The notes under the pieces were generated by a model. The model was given only the letters and a program-made list of their open reading frames with translations. It did not search any database and had not been told where the DNA came from. Positions 18,181 to 28,677 of a stretch of DNA of 32,000 bases are shown one piece after another (within the stretch, counting starts at the first letter, position 1; every line of letters starts with the position of its first letter). The stretch covers positions 33,205 through 65,204 of the forward strand of contig CAYNZZ010000008.1 in the NCBI GenBank assembly GCA_964401865.1, in the 5' to 3' direction. A program made the position numbers and the translations under genes. The DNA comes from an uncultured Erysipelotrichaceae bacterium. Lineage in GTDB: Bacteria; Bacillota_I; Bacilli_A; Erysipelotrichales; Erysipelotrichaceae.

Positions 18181-19458
18181 CTACTTTCCTACGAAACCAT
18201 GATATTGTTTTTGAGTTAGTTGACCTTTTAAAGTCTTCGTTGTTTCCATAGCTACACCAACAACGATGATAATACCAGTTCCACCGACTGCGGCTTGTGA
18301 TGGTAAACCAGTAAGCATAGAAATAACATATGGTAAAACCGCAATGAATGTAAGGAGAATGGCTCCCAACACAGTGATGCGATTCAAGACTTTTGAAATA
18401 TATTCTTTTGTTTCACTTCCAGGACGAACACCTGGGATATATGAATTTTGTTTACCTAAATCTTCTGAAATCTTATTTGGATCAACTGTCAAATTAGTAT
18501 AGAAGAATGTAAACAAGATAATCAATACCGCATATAGCACAAGTGCAAGCGGACTCTTGGTTAAGTTAAAAAACTCGCTTAACCACGCATATGCCTCTTG
18601 ATTAACCCAAGATGTAATAATTTGCGGAACTTGAATAATAGTTGACGCAAAAATAACTGGAATAACGCTAGCCGAATTTATCTTTAGTGGTAGGTGGTTA
18701 AAATCACCTTTTGTACGATTGATTACTTGGCTAGTTGTATATTGCATCGGAATTCTTCTTTCAGCAAGCTGCATCAAGACAACAAGCGCAATGATTGCGA
18801 TAAACATCAAAATGTAGACGACGAATGAAATTAAACCTGCAGTAGTAAAACCACCATTAAACAATGTACTATATACAGTTTGGAACTGTCTTGGCATACC
18901 AGCAACAATACCAGCAAAGATAATCATTGAGACACCATTGCCAACTCCTTTAGCAGTGATCTGATCGCCAATCCACAACAAGAACATCGAACCAGCAGTG
19001 AAAATAATGGAAATGTATAAATATTTAAGTGGTCCTGGATTGTCAACAACACCATATTGATTAGATAGTAACTGAACAATGAAATATCCTTGAATCAAAG
19101 ACATAACAACAGCTAGATATCTAGTAATTCTGTCCATCTGCTGCTGACCTTTTTTACCACTTTTTGCCATCTCTGTCAAAGCAGGAATGACATCCATCGC
19201 CAATAATTGAATTACGATACTAGAAGTAATGTACGGTCCAACTCCTAAAGAGAAAATTGACATTTGTTCAATTGCTCCGCCACCAAGTAAACTCATCATT
19301 CCAAGAATTGAGTTAGCCGATAGAGAAATAACTGTATCATTGATACCTACCGCTGGAATTGAACATCCCAAGCGATAGATAAACAACATCAACAATGTAA
19401 AGCCAATTTTCTTTCTGATATCTCTATTTTTAAAGAAATCAACGAAAGTTTGGAACAT
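18181..19458 (-). CDS. secY: Preprotein translocase subunit SecY
   Basis: 425 aa, 10-TM pattern. FSLGVGPYITSSIVIQLL is the SecY signature. Lies between rplO and adk. Confidence 0.97.
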   Translation of the reverse strand: MFQTFVDFFKNRDIRKKIGFTLLMLFIYRLGCSIPAVGINDTVISLSANSILGMMSLLGGGAIEQMSIFSLGVGPYITSSIVIQLLAMDVIPALTEMAKSGKKGQQQMDRITRYLAVVMSLIQGYFIVQLLSNQYGVVDNPGPLKYLYISIIFTAGSMFLLWIGDQITAKGVGNGVSMIIFAGIVAGMPRQFQTVYSTLFNGGFTTAGLISFVVYILMFIAIIALVVLMQLAERRIPMQYTTSQVINRTKGDFNHLPLKINSASVIPVIFASTIIQVPQIITSWVNQEAYAWLSEFFNLTKSPLALVLYAVLIILFTFFYTNLTVDPNKISEDLGKQNSYIPGVRPGSETKEYISKVLNRITVLGAILLTFIAVLPYVISMLTGLPSQAAVGGTGIIIVVGVAMETTKTLKGQLTQKQYHGFVGK

Positions 19459-19459
19459 A

Positions 19460-19900
19460 TTAGAATACCTCGACTTTTCCGCCCGCTTTTTTTATTGCTG
19501 CCACAGCTGATTTAGATGCTTTATGGCATTTAACTGTAAGTTTCTTTTCTAGTGTACCATTACCTAGAACTTTAACGCCAGATAATTCTTTCTTTACAAG
19601 TCCAGTTTCAATTAATAATTCTGGAGTAACTTCTACGCCATTTTCAAAAACATTTAAGTCTTCTACATCGATAATAGCATATTCTTTTCTTGTAAAGTTA
19701 GTAAATCCACGCTTAGGTATTCTCTTATATAAAGGAGTTTGTCCTCCTTCAAAACCTAGAGCTACTCCGCCACCAGAACGAGCCTTTTGACCCTTATGTC
19801 CTTTTCCGGCAGTTTTTCCATTTCCAGAACCGTGTCCACGACCGATTCTTTTACGTTCTTTACGAGCACCCTCGTTGTATTTCATTTCATGTAAATTCAT
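19460..19900 (-). CDS. rplO: 50S ribosomal protein L15
   Basis: 146 aa, [25 protein letters not shown]. Confidence 0.96.
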   Translation of the reverse strand: MNLHEMKYNEGARKERKRIGRGHGSGNGKTAGKGHKGQKARSGGGVALGFEGGQTPLYKRIPKRGFTNFTRKEYAIIDVEDLNVFENGVEVTPELLIETGLVKKELSGVKVLGNGTLEKKLTVKCHKASKSAVAAIKKAGGKVEVF

Positions 19901-19912
19901 CCTTAGGCCCTC

Positions 19913-20437
19913 CTATCGAATTTCTTCTACTTTCTTTTCACGTAACTTAGCTACAGCGTTAACAGTTCTCAATTCGCTCAAAGCAGTCATAGTTGCATGA
20001 ACGACATTGATAGGTGTACGACTACCAATACATTTTGATAGAACGTCATTGATACCTGCAAGCTCTAGAACAGCACGTACTGCACCACCAGCGATAACAC
20101 CAGTACCTTCACTAGCTGGGCGAAGCATAACTTCACCAGCACCGTAAACACCAGTTACTGCATGTGGTATAGTCTTGTATCCATTTACAAGTGGAACACG
20201 AATAATATTTTTCTTTGCATTTTCAATAGCCTTACGAATTGCATCAGGTACTTCATTAGCTTTGCCTAAACCATAGCCAACGCGTCCTTTCTTATCGCCA
20301 ACTACTACTAATGCAGAGAAACGCATTCTACGACCACCCTTAACAGTCTTAGAAACACGGTTGATTACTACAACTCTTTCTTCAAATTCTTTTTGAGTGC
20401 GATCGAATTTTCTGTTTTTTCTATTTGTATTTTCCAT
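19913..20437 (-). CDS. rpsE: 30S ribosomal protein S5
   Basis: 174 aa, [24 protein letters not shown]. Confidence 0.96.
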   Translation of the reverse strand: MENTNRKNRKFDRTQKEFEERVVVINRVSKTVKGGRRMRFSALVVVGDKKGRVGYGLGKANEVPDAIRKAIENAKKNIIRVPLVNGYKTIPHAVTGVYGAGEVMLRPASEGTGVIAGGAVRAVLELAGINDVLSKCIGSRTPINVVHATMTALSELRTVNAVAKLREKKVEEIR

Positions 20438-20446
20438 GATTACCCC

Positions 20447-20803
20447 CTAGAATTTAAGACCAGCTTCTCTAGCTGCTTCAGCAAGAGCCTTTACTCTTCC
20501 ATGATAGATGTAACCACCACGGTCAAATACAACATTTTCAATATTGTTAGCTAAAGCGCGTTTAGCAACTTCAGTGCCAACTTGTTTAGCTGCTTCAACA
20601 TTACCACCATTTGCAAGTTTTAATTCAACTGATGAGCAAGAAACAATTGTCTTTCCTTCAGTATCATCAATGATTTGACAGTGAATGTGAGCATTCGAAC
20701 GGAATACACATAAACGTGGGCAAGCAGCAGTACCATTTACTTTTTTTCTGATACGCGCATGTCTTCTAAGACGTTCTTCATTTTTTGATCCTTTATTTAA
20801 CAT
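20447..20803 (-). CDS. rplR: 50S ribosomal protein L18
   Basis: 118 aa, [37 protein letters not shown]. Confidence 0.96.
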   Translation of the reverse strand: MLNKGSKNEERLRRHARIRKKVNGTAACPRLCVFRSNAHIHCQIIDDTEGKTIVSCSSVELKLANGGNVEAAKQVGTEVAKRALANNIENVVFDRGGYIYHGRVKALAEAAREAGLKF

Positions 20804-20824
20804 GTCCTATATACTCCTTTCCCA

Positions 20825-21367
20825 CTATTTACCAGCCGTCTTACCTTCTTTACGACGGATATGTTCACCCTTATAACGGATACCTTTACCCTTATAAGGT
20901 TCTGGTTTACGATAAGCACGAATGTTAGCAGCAACTTCACCAACACGTTGTTTATCAATACCTGTTACAACGATTTGAGTTGCGCTTGGACATTCAATAT
21001 TGATTCCTTCTTCAACAATATATTCAATTTGATGAGAATAACCAATAGTTAATGTTAATTTGTTTCCTGCAACAGCAGCACGATAACCGATACCTTCAAT
21101 TTCAAGTTCTTTTTTATAACCCTCACTTACACCAATAATCATGTTATTGATTAAAGCACGAGTTGTACCATGAAGCTGTTTAGTGTGTTTTTCTTCGTTT
21201 GCGCGTACGCAAGTTAGAACTCCATTATCGTTTTTGATTTCGATAAGTGGAGAGAATTGACGTGTCAAAGTTCCTTTAGGCCCTTTTACAGTCACCTCAT
21301 TACTAGCTGATACAGTAAATTCTACACCGCTAGGAATGGTAATCGTTTTATTCCCGATACGTGACAT
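20825..21367 (-). CDS. rplF: 50S ribosomal protein L6
   Basis: 180 aa, [17 protein letters not shown]...[14 protein letters not shown]. Confidence 0.96.
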   Translation of the reverse strand: MSRIGNKTITIPSGVEFTVSASNEVTVKGPKGTLTRQFSPLIEIKNDNGVLTCVRANEEKHTKQLHGTTRALINNMIIGVSEGYKKELEIEGIGYRAAVAGNKLTLTIGYSHQIEYIVEEGINIECPSATQIVVTGIDKQRVGEVAANIRAYRKPEPYKGKGIRYKGEHIRRKEGKTAGK

Positions 21368-21385
21368 TTTATTCTCCTTTGTCTA

Positions 21386-21790
21386 TTACCAAATGTAGGC
21401 GATAACTTCACCGCCGAAGCCATTTTTTCTAGCATCACGATCTGTCATAAGACCATGAGATGTAGAAATGATAGCTGTACCTAAACCATTTAATACTCTT
21501 GGAACTGAATCATTCTTTGCATAAACGCGAAGACCAGGTTTAGAAATACGTTTTAAGCCTGTGATAACTTTTTGATTATTGTTTCCATATTTTAATTCAA
21601 TAACAATCATCTTATCTTTAGCTTTATCGCCTTCAACTTTATAAGAAGTAATATATCCTTCTTCTTTAAGAATACGGGCAATTTCAATTTTCATTTTACT
21701 TGCCGGAACATTTACTGTTTCATGTTTAGCGCCAAGACCATTACGGATTCTTGTAAGCATATCGGCAATTGGATCTGTCATATTCATCAT
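21386..21790 (-). CDS. rpsH: 30S ribosomal protein S8
   Basis: [23 protein letters not shown] lies 9 nt upstream of the first ATG (21790), which supports the track start. Confidence 0.95.
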   Translation of the reverse strand: MMNMTDPIADMLTRIRNGLGAKHETVNVPASKMKIEIARILKEEGYITSYKVEGDKAKDKMIVIELKYGNNNQKVITGLKRISKPGLRVYAKNDSVPRVLNGLGTAIISTSHGLMTDRDARKNGFGGEVIAYIW

Positions 21791-21803
21791 TGCTTAATAC
21801 CTC

Positions 21804-21989
21804 CTACCAGCTGGCCTTCTTAACACCCGGAATTTGACCTTTATAAGCTAATTCACGGAAGCAAATACGGCATAGTTTGTACTTTTGAAGTACGGCATGT
21901 GGACGTCCACAACGTTCACATCTAGTGTAATTACGAGATGAGAATTTGTTTTGACGTTGTGCTTTAATAATCATTGCTTTCTTAGCCAT
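21804..21989 (-). CDS. rpsN: 30S ribosomal protein S14, short zinc-binding (type Z) form
   Basis: 61 aa with [10 protein letters not shown]...CRICFRE (CxxC...CxxC). Confidence 0.96.
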   Translation of the reverse strand: MAKKAMIIKAQRQNKFSSRNYTRCERCGRPHAVLQKYKLCRICFRELAYKGQIPGVKKASW

Positions 21990-22004
21990 TTTTAATTCTC
22001 CTCT

Positions 22005-22544
22005 CTACTTCGCAAAAGGCATACCTAAGCCCTTTAATAGAGCAAATGCCTCTTTGTTATTTTTGGCAGTAGTTACGATAACAATATCCATACCACGTAC
22101 TTTGTTTACCTTGTCATATTGGATTTCAGGGAAAATAATTTGTTCTTTAATACCTAAAGTATAATTACCTCTACCATCAAATGCTGTCTTTGATGTACCA
22201 TGGAAATCTCTAACACGAGGTAAAGAGATAGAAACGAGTTTATCGAAGAAGTCATACATCTTCTCGCCTCTTAAAGTTACTTTACAACCAATAGCCATAC
22301 CTTCTCTTAATTTGAAGTTAGCGATTGATTTCTTAGCTTTTGTTACAACTGGCTTTTGACCAGCAATAGCAGTAAGCTCATTTACAGCGTCATCTAGAGC
22401 CTTTGGATTAGCAATAGCTTCACCAACACCAAAGTTGATAACGATTTTTTCAAGTTTAGGACATTCCATTACTGAAGAATAGTTAAATTCTTTCATCAAA
22501 TTGCCCTTAACTTCATTAAGATATTTTTCTTGTAGGCGGTTCAT
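22005..22544 (-). CDS. rplE: 50S ribosomal protein L5
   Basis: 179 aa, [12 protein letters not shown]...[11 protein letters not shown]. Confidence 0.96.
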   Translation of the reverse strand: MNRLQEKYLNEVKGNLMKEFNYSSVMECPKLEKIVINFGVGEAIANPKALDDAVNELTAIAGQKPVVTKAKKSIANFKLREGMAIGCKVTLRGEKMYDFFDKLVSISLPRVRDFHGTSKTAFDGRGNYTLGIKEQIIFPEIQYDKVNKVRGMDIVIVTTAKNNKEAFALLKGLGMPFAK

Positions 22545-22864
22545 TATTTTTTACCCCCTTTAACTACAGTGCCAGATTTCTTGTAATAACGAACTTTAGC
22601 ACCTTTTTCTTCTTTGTAACCAATTCTAGAAGCTGTTTTAGCTTTTGAATCATAAGCCATTACATTAGATACATGAATAGGCATTTCTTTTTCGATGATG
22701 CCACCATCTGGATTAGCTTGAGTAGGTTTTAATGCTTTCTTAGCGATATTTACACCTTCAACAACTACTTTATCCTTGCTAGGTAAAACGGCGATAACTT
22801 CACCAATTGTACCCTTATCGTGACCTGTAATGACTTTGACTTTATCACCTTTTTTAATTTTCAT
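22544..22864 (-). CDS. rplX: 50S ribosomal protein L24
   Basis: 106 aa, [23 protein letters not shown] (KOW motif). Confidence 0.95.
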   Translation of the reverse strand: MKIKKGDKVKVITGHDKGTIGEVIAVLPSKDKVVVEGVNIAKKALKPTQANPDGGIIEKEMPIHVSNVMAYDSKAKTASRIGYKEEKGAKVRYYKKSGTVVKGGKK

Positions 22865-22875
22865 CAGTCATCCTC

Positions 22876-23244
22876 CTATAACACTTCAGGAGCTAAAGAC
22901 ACAATCTTCATGAAGTCTTTATCTCTTAGTTCTCTAGCCACAGGACCGAAAATACGAGTTCCTTTTGGCGTATTGTCATCTTTGATAATAACGGCTGCAT
23001 TATCATCAAATTTGATAAATGAACCATTATCTCTAGAAATACCATATTTAGTACGAACGATTACAGCCTTAACTACATCGCCCTTTTTAACTGATCCGCC
23101 TGGAGCAGCTTCTTTAACTGTACATACAATGATATCACCGATATTAGCAGATTTTCTTCTTGAACCACCTAAGCAACGAATAACTAATAATTCTTTAGCA
23201 CCGGTGTTATCAGCGACTTTTAATCGAGTTTCATTTTGAATCAT
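22876..23244 (-). CDS. rplN: 50S ribosomal protein L14
   Basis: 122 aa, [28 protein letters not shown]. Confidence 0.97.
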   Translation of the reverse strand: MIQNETRLKVADNTGAKELLVIRCLGGSRRKSANIGDIIVCTVKEAAPGGSVKKGDVVKAVIVRTKYGISRDNGSFIKFDDNAAVIIKDDNTPKGTRIFGPVARELRDKDFMKIVSLAPEVL

Positions 23245-23254
23245 AACTTACCTC

Positions 23255-23518
23255 CTAAAGAATAATTGCCTTTTCAACAATCTTAGTTAAGCGGAAATGC
23301 TTGTCTTTGCTCAATGGACGAGTTTCCATAATTTCTACGATATCGCCAATCTTAGCTTCATTGTTTTCATCATGAGCTTTAAAACGACGAGAGAAATTTA
23401 CTCTTTTTCCATAAAGGGGATGAGATCTCTTAGTTGCGATTTCAACAACGATAGTCTTATCCATTTTGTCAGATACTACTTTTCCGCGTAATACACGTCT
23501 TTTATTTGTTCTTTCCAT
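23255..23518 (-). CDS. rpsQ: 30S ribosomal protein S17
   Basis: 87 aa, [17 protein letters not shown]...[23 protein letters not shown]. Confidence 0.96.
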   Translation of the reverse strand: MERTNKRRVLRGKVVSDKMDKTIVVEIATKRSHPLYGKRVNFSRRFKAHDENNEAKIGDIVEIMETRPLSKDKHFRLTKIVEKAIIL

Positions 23519-23521
23519 CGC

Positions 23522-23725
23522 CTATCCCTCCTTTACTTCCATTTCTCTTTCTTTTAATACCGTTTTGATACGAGCGATTGTCTTTCTCAATTCACGAATG
23601 CGCATTGGATTGTCAATTGAACCTGTTGCTTTTTGAAAGCGAAGATCGAATAGTTCAGTTTTGCATTCATCAATAGCTTTAATCAACTCTTCGTTTGATT
23701 TATCTCTAATTTCTTTTACGTTCAT
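23522..23725 (-). CDS. rpmC: 50S ribosomal protein L29
   Basis: 67 aa, EIRDKSNEELIKAIDECKTELFDLRFQKATG. Confidence 0.95.
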   Translation of the reverse strand: MNVKEIRDKSNEELIKAIDECKTELFDLRFQKATGSIDNPMRIRELRKTIARIKTVLKEREMEVKEG

Positions 23726-23727
23726 TC

Positions 23728-24138
23728 CTATTCACCTTTCTTTACAAATTTACACTTAACAGGTAACTTGTGCGATGCTAAACGGAAAGCTTCACGAGCA
23801 ACTTCTTCAGAAACGCCAGCAATTTCAAACATTACACGACCTTTTTGAACAACTGCTACCCAACCTTCAGGAGCACCTTTACCAGATCCCATACGAACTT
23901 CAAGTGGTTTTTTAGTGATAGCTAAGTGAGGGAAAATTTTAATCCAAACTTGACCACCACGATTCATATAACGAGTCATTGCAACACGGGCTGCTTCGAT
24001 TTGACGATTTGAGATATATGAACCAGTCATTGCAACTAATCCATATTCACCAAATGTAACTTCAGTACCAGCCTTAGATTTTCCTTCATAACTTAAACGG
24101 TGAGGACGACGATACTTAGTTCTATTAGGCATTAACAT
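23728..24138 (-). CDS. rplP: 50S ribosomal protein L16
   Basis: 136 aa, [14 protein letters not shown]. Its SD AAGGAGG is encoded within the last codons of rpsC. Confidence 0.96.
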   Translation of the reverse strand: MLMPNRTKYRRPHRLSYEGKSKAGTEVTFGEYGLVAMTGSYISNRQIEAARVAMTRYMNRGGQVWIKIFPHLAITKKPLEVRMGSGKGAPEGWVAVVQKGRVMFEIAGVSEEVAREAFRLASHKLPVKCKFVKKGE

Positions 24139-24140
24139 AA

Positions 24141-24920
24141 CTAATTACCTCCTTTTTCACTAGCTTCTTCAGTGCTTTGAACAACTGTTTCAGCTTTATC
24201 TTCACGTTTAGGACGTCTGTCATTATTACGACGACGGTTGTTTGGACGAGAACCTTGTGTCTTTGGTCTTTCTGGTTCTTGAACCATTTCACCAGGTAGT
24301 ACTTCACCACGACAGATCCATACCTTAACACCTAGTTTACCGTATGTAGTCATTGCTTCTTCCCAAGCGTAGTCAATATCAGAGCGAAGTGTATGTAGAG
24401 GAACAATACCTTCAGAATAACCTTCAGCACGAGCGATATCAGCACCACCTAGACGACCAGAAACAGATGTCTTAATACCCTTTGCACCGGCACGCATAGT
24501 TTGTTGGATCGCTTTCTTTTGAGTTGTGCGGAAAGATTGTCTTTCTTCCAACATCTTAGCGATCTTCATAGCTACTAAGCGAGCGTCTAAATCAGGATTA
24601 GCAACTTCAACAATATTTATCTCAATTTGCTTACCATTTGTTAGTTTTTCTAATTTTTTCTTAATGTTTTCAACCTTAGCACCATCAGCACCTACGAACA
24701 TACCAGGTCTAGCAGTTCTGATGATGATGTTAACACGGTTTTTACTTCTTTCGATTTCGATACGAGAAACCATGCAATCTTTGCTTTCTTTTTCGATAAG
24801 CTCACGAATCTTAACGTCTTCAATCAATAGTGTTCCGTATTCTTTTTCAGCATACCAACGAGATTGCCAATCACGGATAACACCGATTCTTAAACCGACT
24901 GGATTAACTTTTTGACCCAT
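24141..24920 (-). CDS. rpsC: 30S ribosomal protein S3 with a charged C-terminal extension
   Basis: 259 aa. [24 protein letters not shown]. The tail [44 protein letters not shown] extends beyond the conserved core. Confidence 0.96.
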   Translation of the reverse strand: MGQKVNPVGLRIGVIRDWQSRWYAEKEYGTLLIEDVKIRELIEKESKDCMVSRIEIERSKNRVNIIIRTARPGMFVGADGAKVENIKKKLEKLTNGKQIEINIVEVANPDLDARLVAMKIAKMLEERQSFRTTQKKAIQQTMRAGAKGIKTSVSGRLGGADIARAEGYSEGIVPLHTLRSDIDYAWEEAMTTYGKLGVKVWICRGEVLPGEMVQEPERPKTQGSRPNNRRRNNDRRPKREDKAETVVQSTEEASEKGGN

Positions 24921-24929
24921 AGTTCCCTC

Positions 24930-25271
24930 CTATCTTTCATCAACCACAACAGTAATGTGGCTTGTTCTTTTTAAAATTCTATGTGCACGACCCTTTGAAG
25001 CAGCACGGAAGCGTTTCATAGTCATACCTTCATTAGCATAACATGCCTTAACAAATAACTTTTCTTCATTCATTTGGTTATTATGTGTAGCATTTGCCAT
25101 CGCTGATTTTAATACTTTGCTAATCACTTCAGCAGAGTGATTTGGCGTATATTTCAATATAGCCATCGCTTCTTTTGCGTCCTTACCACGGATAAGGTCT
25201 AATACTAGACGAACCTTACGAGGAGCGATACGGACAGATTTAGCTGTTGATTTTACTTCCATCTTTGCCAC
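24930..25271 (-). CDS. rplV: 50S ribosomal protein L22
   Basis: 113 aa, [31 protein letters not shown]. Confidence 0.96.
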   Translation of the reverse strand: MAKMEVKSTAKSVRIAPRKVRLVLDLIRGKDAKEAMAILKYTPNHSAEVISKVLKSAMANATHNNQMNEEKLFVKACYANEGMTMKRFRAASKGRAHRILKRTSHITVVVDER

Positions 25272-25273
25272 CC

Positions 25274-25543
25274 TTAAGCTTTCTTGTCACTACCGTGACC
25301 ACCATATTTACGAGTTGGCACGAATTCACCTAATTTATGACCAACCATATCTTCTGTTACATATACAGGAACATGTTCCTTACCATTGTAAACAGCGAAT
25401 GTGTGTTCAACGAAATCTGGGAAAATTGTTGAACGACGAGACCAAGTCTTAATAACTTCTTTTTTACCTGATTCATTTAGCGCTACAACTTTTTTCATTA
25501 AATGTTCATCGCAAAATGGACCTTTTTTCAAACTACGACTCAT
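25274..25543 (-). CDS. rpsS: 30S ribosomal protein S19
   Basis: 89 aa, [19 protein letters not shown]...[11 protein letters not shown]. Confidence 0.97.
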   Translation of the reverse strand: MSRSLKKGPFCDEHLMKKVVALNESGKKEVIKTWSRRSTIFPDFVEHTFAVYNGKEHVPVYVTEDMVGHKLGEFVPTRKYGGHGSDKKA

Positions 25544-25567
25544 TTCAAATTACTTCCTTTCTTTCGT

Positions 25568-26401
25568 TTATTTACCATTTCTTCTTCTTACGATTAGAGC
25601 GTTAGAAGCCTTTTTAGTCTTACGAGTCTTAACACCCATAGCTTTCTTGCCCCAAGGTGTCATAGGAGACTTACGACCGATAGGTGTACGACCTTCACCA
25701 CCACCATGAGGGTGATCACAAGGGTTCATAACAGAACCTCTAACAGTTGGACGAATACCCATCCATCTAGAACGTCCAGCTTTACCTAAGTTGATTAAGC
25801 TGTAGTCTTCATTACCTACGCTACCGATAGTAGCACGGCAAACACCTAAGACTTTTCTAACTTCACCACTTGCAAGACGAATAGTTACATATTTTTCTTC
25901 AATACCTAAGATTTGAGCGCTAACACCAGCTGCTCTTGCAAGCTGTCCGCCTTTGCCAGGTTTCAATTCAATGTTATGAATGATTGTACCTTCAGGCATG
26001 TTACGCATTTGTAATGAATTACCTACTTTGATATCGCAAGTTTCACCAGAGATAACTTGAGTTCCAACTTCTAATCCTTTTGGAGCTAAGATATATCTCT
26101 TTTCACCATCTACATAATGAAGTAGAGCGATATTAGCGTTACGATTTGGATCGTATTCAATAGCTGCTACATTTGCAGGAATACCGTCTTTATTACGCTT
26201 GAAGTCGATAATACGATATAGTTGTTTATGTCCGCCACCATGATGACGAGTTGTAATACGTCCTGTATTGTTACGACCGCCAGACTTTGAGAAAGACACA
26301 GTCAAACTCTTTTCAGGAGTTTTCTTTGTAATTTCTTCGAATGTAAGGCCTGTCATACCTCTTCTACCAGGAGTAGTTGGCTTGTACTTTTTAATAGCCA
26401 T
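25568..26401 (-). CDS. rplB: 50S ribosomal protein L2
   Basis: 277 aa, [15 protein letters not shown]...[18 protein letters not shown]. Confidence 0.97.
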   Translation of the reverse strand: MAIKKYKPTTPGRRGMTGLTFEEITKKTPEKSLTVSFSKSGGRNNTGRITTRHHGGGHKQLYRIIDFKRNKDGIPANVAAIEYDPNRNANIALLHYVDGEKRYILAPKGLEVGTQVISGETCDIKVGNSLQMRNMPEGTIIHNIELKPGKGGQLARAAGVSAQILGIEEKYVTIRLASGEVRKVLGVCRATIGSVGNEDYSLINLGKAGRSRWMGIRPTVRGSVMNPCDHPHGGGEGRTPIGRKSPMTPWGKKAMGVKTRKTKKASNALIVRRRNGK

Positions 26402-26465
26402 TTTAAATATCCTCCTTATGCATTTTATCCGGAAATAGCATTTATCTTCCGATAATAATTAGCGA

Positions 26466-26756
26466 TTATTTATCGCCTAGAATGTCAATCTTATGACCTT
26501 CTTTTAATGTGACATATGCTTTCTTATAAGCATGTGTCTTACCAACATAACGTCCAACTCTCTTTGTTTTTGACTTAGTGTTGGCAGTGTTGATACTTAA
26601 AACTTTTACACCGAAGATTTCTTCAACGGCTTGCTTAATTTGAATTTTATTTGCCTCTTTTGCAACTTCAAAGACTACAGTATTGTTTGTGTCTTGGCTT
26701 TTTAATGTCTTTTCAGTTACGATTGGACGAATGATAATATCTCTTGCATTACTCAT
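26466..26756 (-). CDS. rplW: 50S ribosomal protein L23
   Basis: 96 aa, DIIIRPIVTEKTLKS...VVFEVAKEANKIQIKQAVEEIFGVKV. Has an 8-nt overlap with the rplD stop. Confidence 0.95.
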   Translation of the reverse strand: MSNARDIIIRPIVTEKTLKSQDTNNTVVFEVAKEANKIQIKQAVEEIFGVKVLSINTANTKSKTKRVGRYVGKTHAYKKAYVTLKEGHKIDILGDK

Positions 26757-27384
26757 TGCCTAAAGCCTCCTCAACTTTTTTAGCTGCTGCCTTTGTCATT
26801 ACTAACTTACCAGCATTTTGAAGATCATAAATTGTCAGACCTTCAGCAGTAGTCATATATGCATTAGGAAGATTTCTTAATGATAGATATGCATTGTCGA
26901 AGTCTTCTTCAATATCTACTACAAATAACACTTTTCTTTCAATCTTGAATGCATCTAATACTTTGATGAAATCTTTAGTTTTAGGAGCATCCATAACGAT
27001 TGAATCGATAACGATTAAGTTTTCGCTTTGTGCCTTTAAAGATAAACCAGAGCGTAGAGCTAAACGACGAACTTTACGATTGATTTTGAAAGTGTGGCTT
27101 CTTGGTGTAGGTCCGAATGCGATTCCGCCGCCTCTGAATTGAGTAGCTCTAATAGAACCTTGACGTGCATTACCTGTACCTTTTTGACCATAAGGTTTTT
27201 TACCACCACCAGATACTTCACGACGATTTTTAACATCATGAGTACCTTGACGCCAAGATGATTGTTGACGCAAGATTGCATCAAAGATTGCTTGACTGTT
27301 AGCTTCAATATTGAAGACGCTCTCTGCTAATTCGATATCGCCAACTTTTTGTGCAGTTAAATCATATACATCAAACTTAGCCAT
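26749..27384 (-). CDS. rplD: 50S ribosomal protein L4
   Basis: 211 aa, RQGTHDVKNRREVSGGGKKPYGQKGTGNARQGSIRATQFRGGGIAFGP. Confidence 0.96.
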   Translation of the reverse strand: MAKFDVYDLTAQKVGDIELAESVFNIEANSQAIFDAILRQQSSWRQGTHDVKNRREVSGGGKKPYGQKGTGNARQGSIRATQFRGGGIAFGPTPRSHTFKINRKVRRLALRSGLSLKAQSENLIVIDSIVMDAPKTKDFIKVLDAFKIERKVLFVVDIEEDFDNAYLSLRNLPNAYMTTAEGLTIYDLQNAGKLVMTKAAAKKVEEALGNE

Positions 27385-27387
27385 TTA

Positions 27388-28062
27388 TTACGCCTCCTTT
27401 TCATTTAATAGAACTTTTGGTTCTACGTGTTTAACACGTTTTGTAGTTGTCTTAACGATTACAAGACCTCTCTTTGGTCCTGGAACGTTACCTTTGATAA
27501 GCATATAGTTTTTCTCAGCATCTACTTTGATAACTTCTAGGTTTTGGTTAGTTGTGCGATATACACCTTCATGACCAGCCATCGCAGTACCTTTTTCAAT
27601 GCGTCCGTTATTACGTCCTGTAGTAGCCAAAGAACCGATATGACGGATATTCTTTGAACCACCATGAGAACGAGGTCCAGTAGTTGCATTGTTACGTACG
27701 ATAGTACCCATGTAACCTTTACCTTTTGAGATACCAGTAACATCTACGATGTCACCAGCGGAAAAGATATCAACTTTAACTTCTTGTCCAACTTCTACTT
27801 CCATTTCATCAGCACTTACTTCACGTAAGAAGCGTTTTGGATTAGTGTTGGCTTTTTTAGCATGACCGATTAAAGCTTTGTTAGAACGTGATTCTTTAAT
27901 GTCTTCTAAGCCTAATTGGATTGCTTCGTAGCCGTCATTTTCAGCTACTTTCTTTTGCATAACTACATTTGGTTCACATTCAACAACAGTAACCGGAATT
28001 AGTTTGCCGTCTTCTGTGAAAACTTGAGTCATGCCAAGTTTTCTTCCAAGTATTCCTTTCAT
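27388..28062 (-). CDS. rplC: 50S ribosomal protein L3
   Basis: 224 aa, [28 protein letters not shown]. Confidence 0.97.
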   Translation of the reverse strand: MKGILGRKLGMTQVFTEDGKLIPVTVVECEPNVVMQKKVAENDGYEAIQLGLEDIKESRSNKALIGHAKKANTNPKRFLREVSADEMEVEVGQEVKVDIFSAGDIVDVTGISKGKGYMGTIVRNNATTGPRSHGGSKNIRHIGSLATTGRNNGRIEKGTAMAGHEGVYRTTNQNLEVIKVDAEKNYMLIKGNVPGPKRGLVIVKTTTKRVKHVEPKVLLNEKEA

Positions 28063-28079
28063 GATGTCACCTTTCTATC

Positions 28080-28391
28080 TTATAACTTGATTTCGATATC
28101 AACGCCACTAGGTAGTTCTAGACGAGACAAAGCATCAATAGTCTTAGCACTTGGGCCGATGATTTCGATTAAACGCTTGTGCGTTCTTACCTCAAACTGT
28201 TCACGTGAATACTTATATTTATGTGTTGCACGAATAACAGTGATGATTTGCTTCTCTGTTGGAAGCGGAATAGGTCCAATGACCTTTTTAACTCCACCAT
28301 CTTCAGCAGCTTTAACAATCTTTTCAGTTGCAGCATCTAAAGAACGATGTTCGTAAGCTTTTAATTTGATTCTTACGTTGTTTTTTGCCAT
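28080..28391 (-). CDS. rpsJ: 30S ribosomal protein S10
   Basis: The homologous start is [19 protein letters not shown] (ATG at 28391), with SD GAAGGAGGAAG 6 nt upstream. The track's extra 20 aa (MERVFKVF...) are read-through of the leader. Confidence 0.96.
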   Translation of the reverse strand: MAKNNVRIKLKAYEHRSLDAATEKIVKAAEDGGVKKVIGPIPLPTEKQIITVIRATHKYKYSREQFEVRTHKRLIEIIGPSAKTIDALSRLELPSGVDIEIKL

Positions 28392-28529
28392 GAAATCTTC
28401 CTCCTTCATTTCATCATCAAGGCTGATAAACACCTTGAATACTCGCTCCATGTGAATTCCCTGGTTATCACGCAGTTACACAGGTTCCCGCGTGCCAGCA
28501 ACCTCCCATATCTTCGCAAGCGCTCTAAC
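28392..28529 (-). promoter_or_regulatory. About 130-nt GC-rich 5' leader of the S10 operon (candidate structured regulatory RNA)
   Basis: By hand count, 28441-28530 is about 53% G+C in a roughly one-third G+C genome. Complementary segments on the transcript are AGGTT/AACCT, CTGG+CACGC paired with GCGTG+CCAG, and TCAAGG-N10-CCTTGA just 5' of the SD. No credible ORF explains the composition. Confidence 0.45.
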
Positions 28530-28558
28530 ATTATACTAATTGAACAAGTCCAATGCAA
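28530..28558 (-). promoter_or_regulatory. Sigma-A type promoter of the S10-spc-alpha cluster
   Basis: The reverse strand reads TTGCAT (28558-28553), a 17-nt spacer, then TATAAT (28535-28530). The spacing is perfect and the hexamers are near-consensus. Confidence 0.65.
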
Positions 28559-28677
28559 GAAAAATTAAAAGAAAATGTCTAAAAAATCCCTATTTATCGT
28601 CAAAAAAACATATGCATAGAACCACTCTAACCCGCGTTTCATAACAATAATAATAAAAAAGTACCAATTATAGCTAA

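Noticed and set aside
24125-27743. Same-strand alternate-frame ORFs inside rpsC/rplP (24125-24331), rplD (27060-27308) and rplC (27537-27743); similarly 8208-8390 inside the M23 gene
   Set aside because: Their K/V/L/M-rich translations show no recognisable motifs. They are embedded in highly conserved ribosomal genes and lack an independent SD. They are most simply explained as by-products of composition.
2263-28356. Plus-strand ORFs of 60-139 aa antisense to real genes (e.g. 2263-2565, 4028-4279, 14490-14810, 22820-23239, 24526-24915, 25401-25709, 28024-28356, and also 224-442)
   Set aside because: All lie fully inside well-supported minus-strand genes, have Ser/Leu/Phe/Ile-rich low-complexity translations and lack SD sequences. 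They are typical shadow ORFs opposite strongly codon-biased genes.
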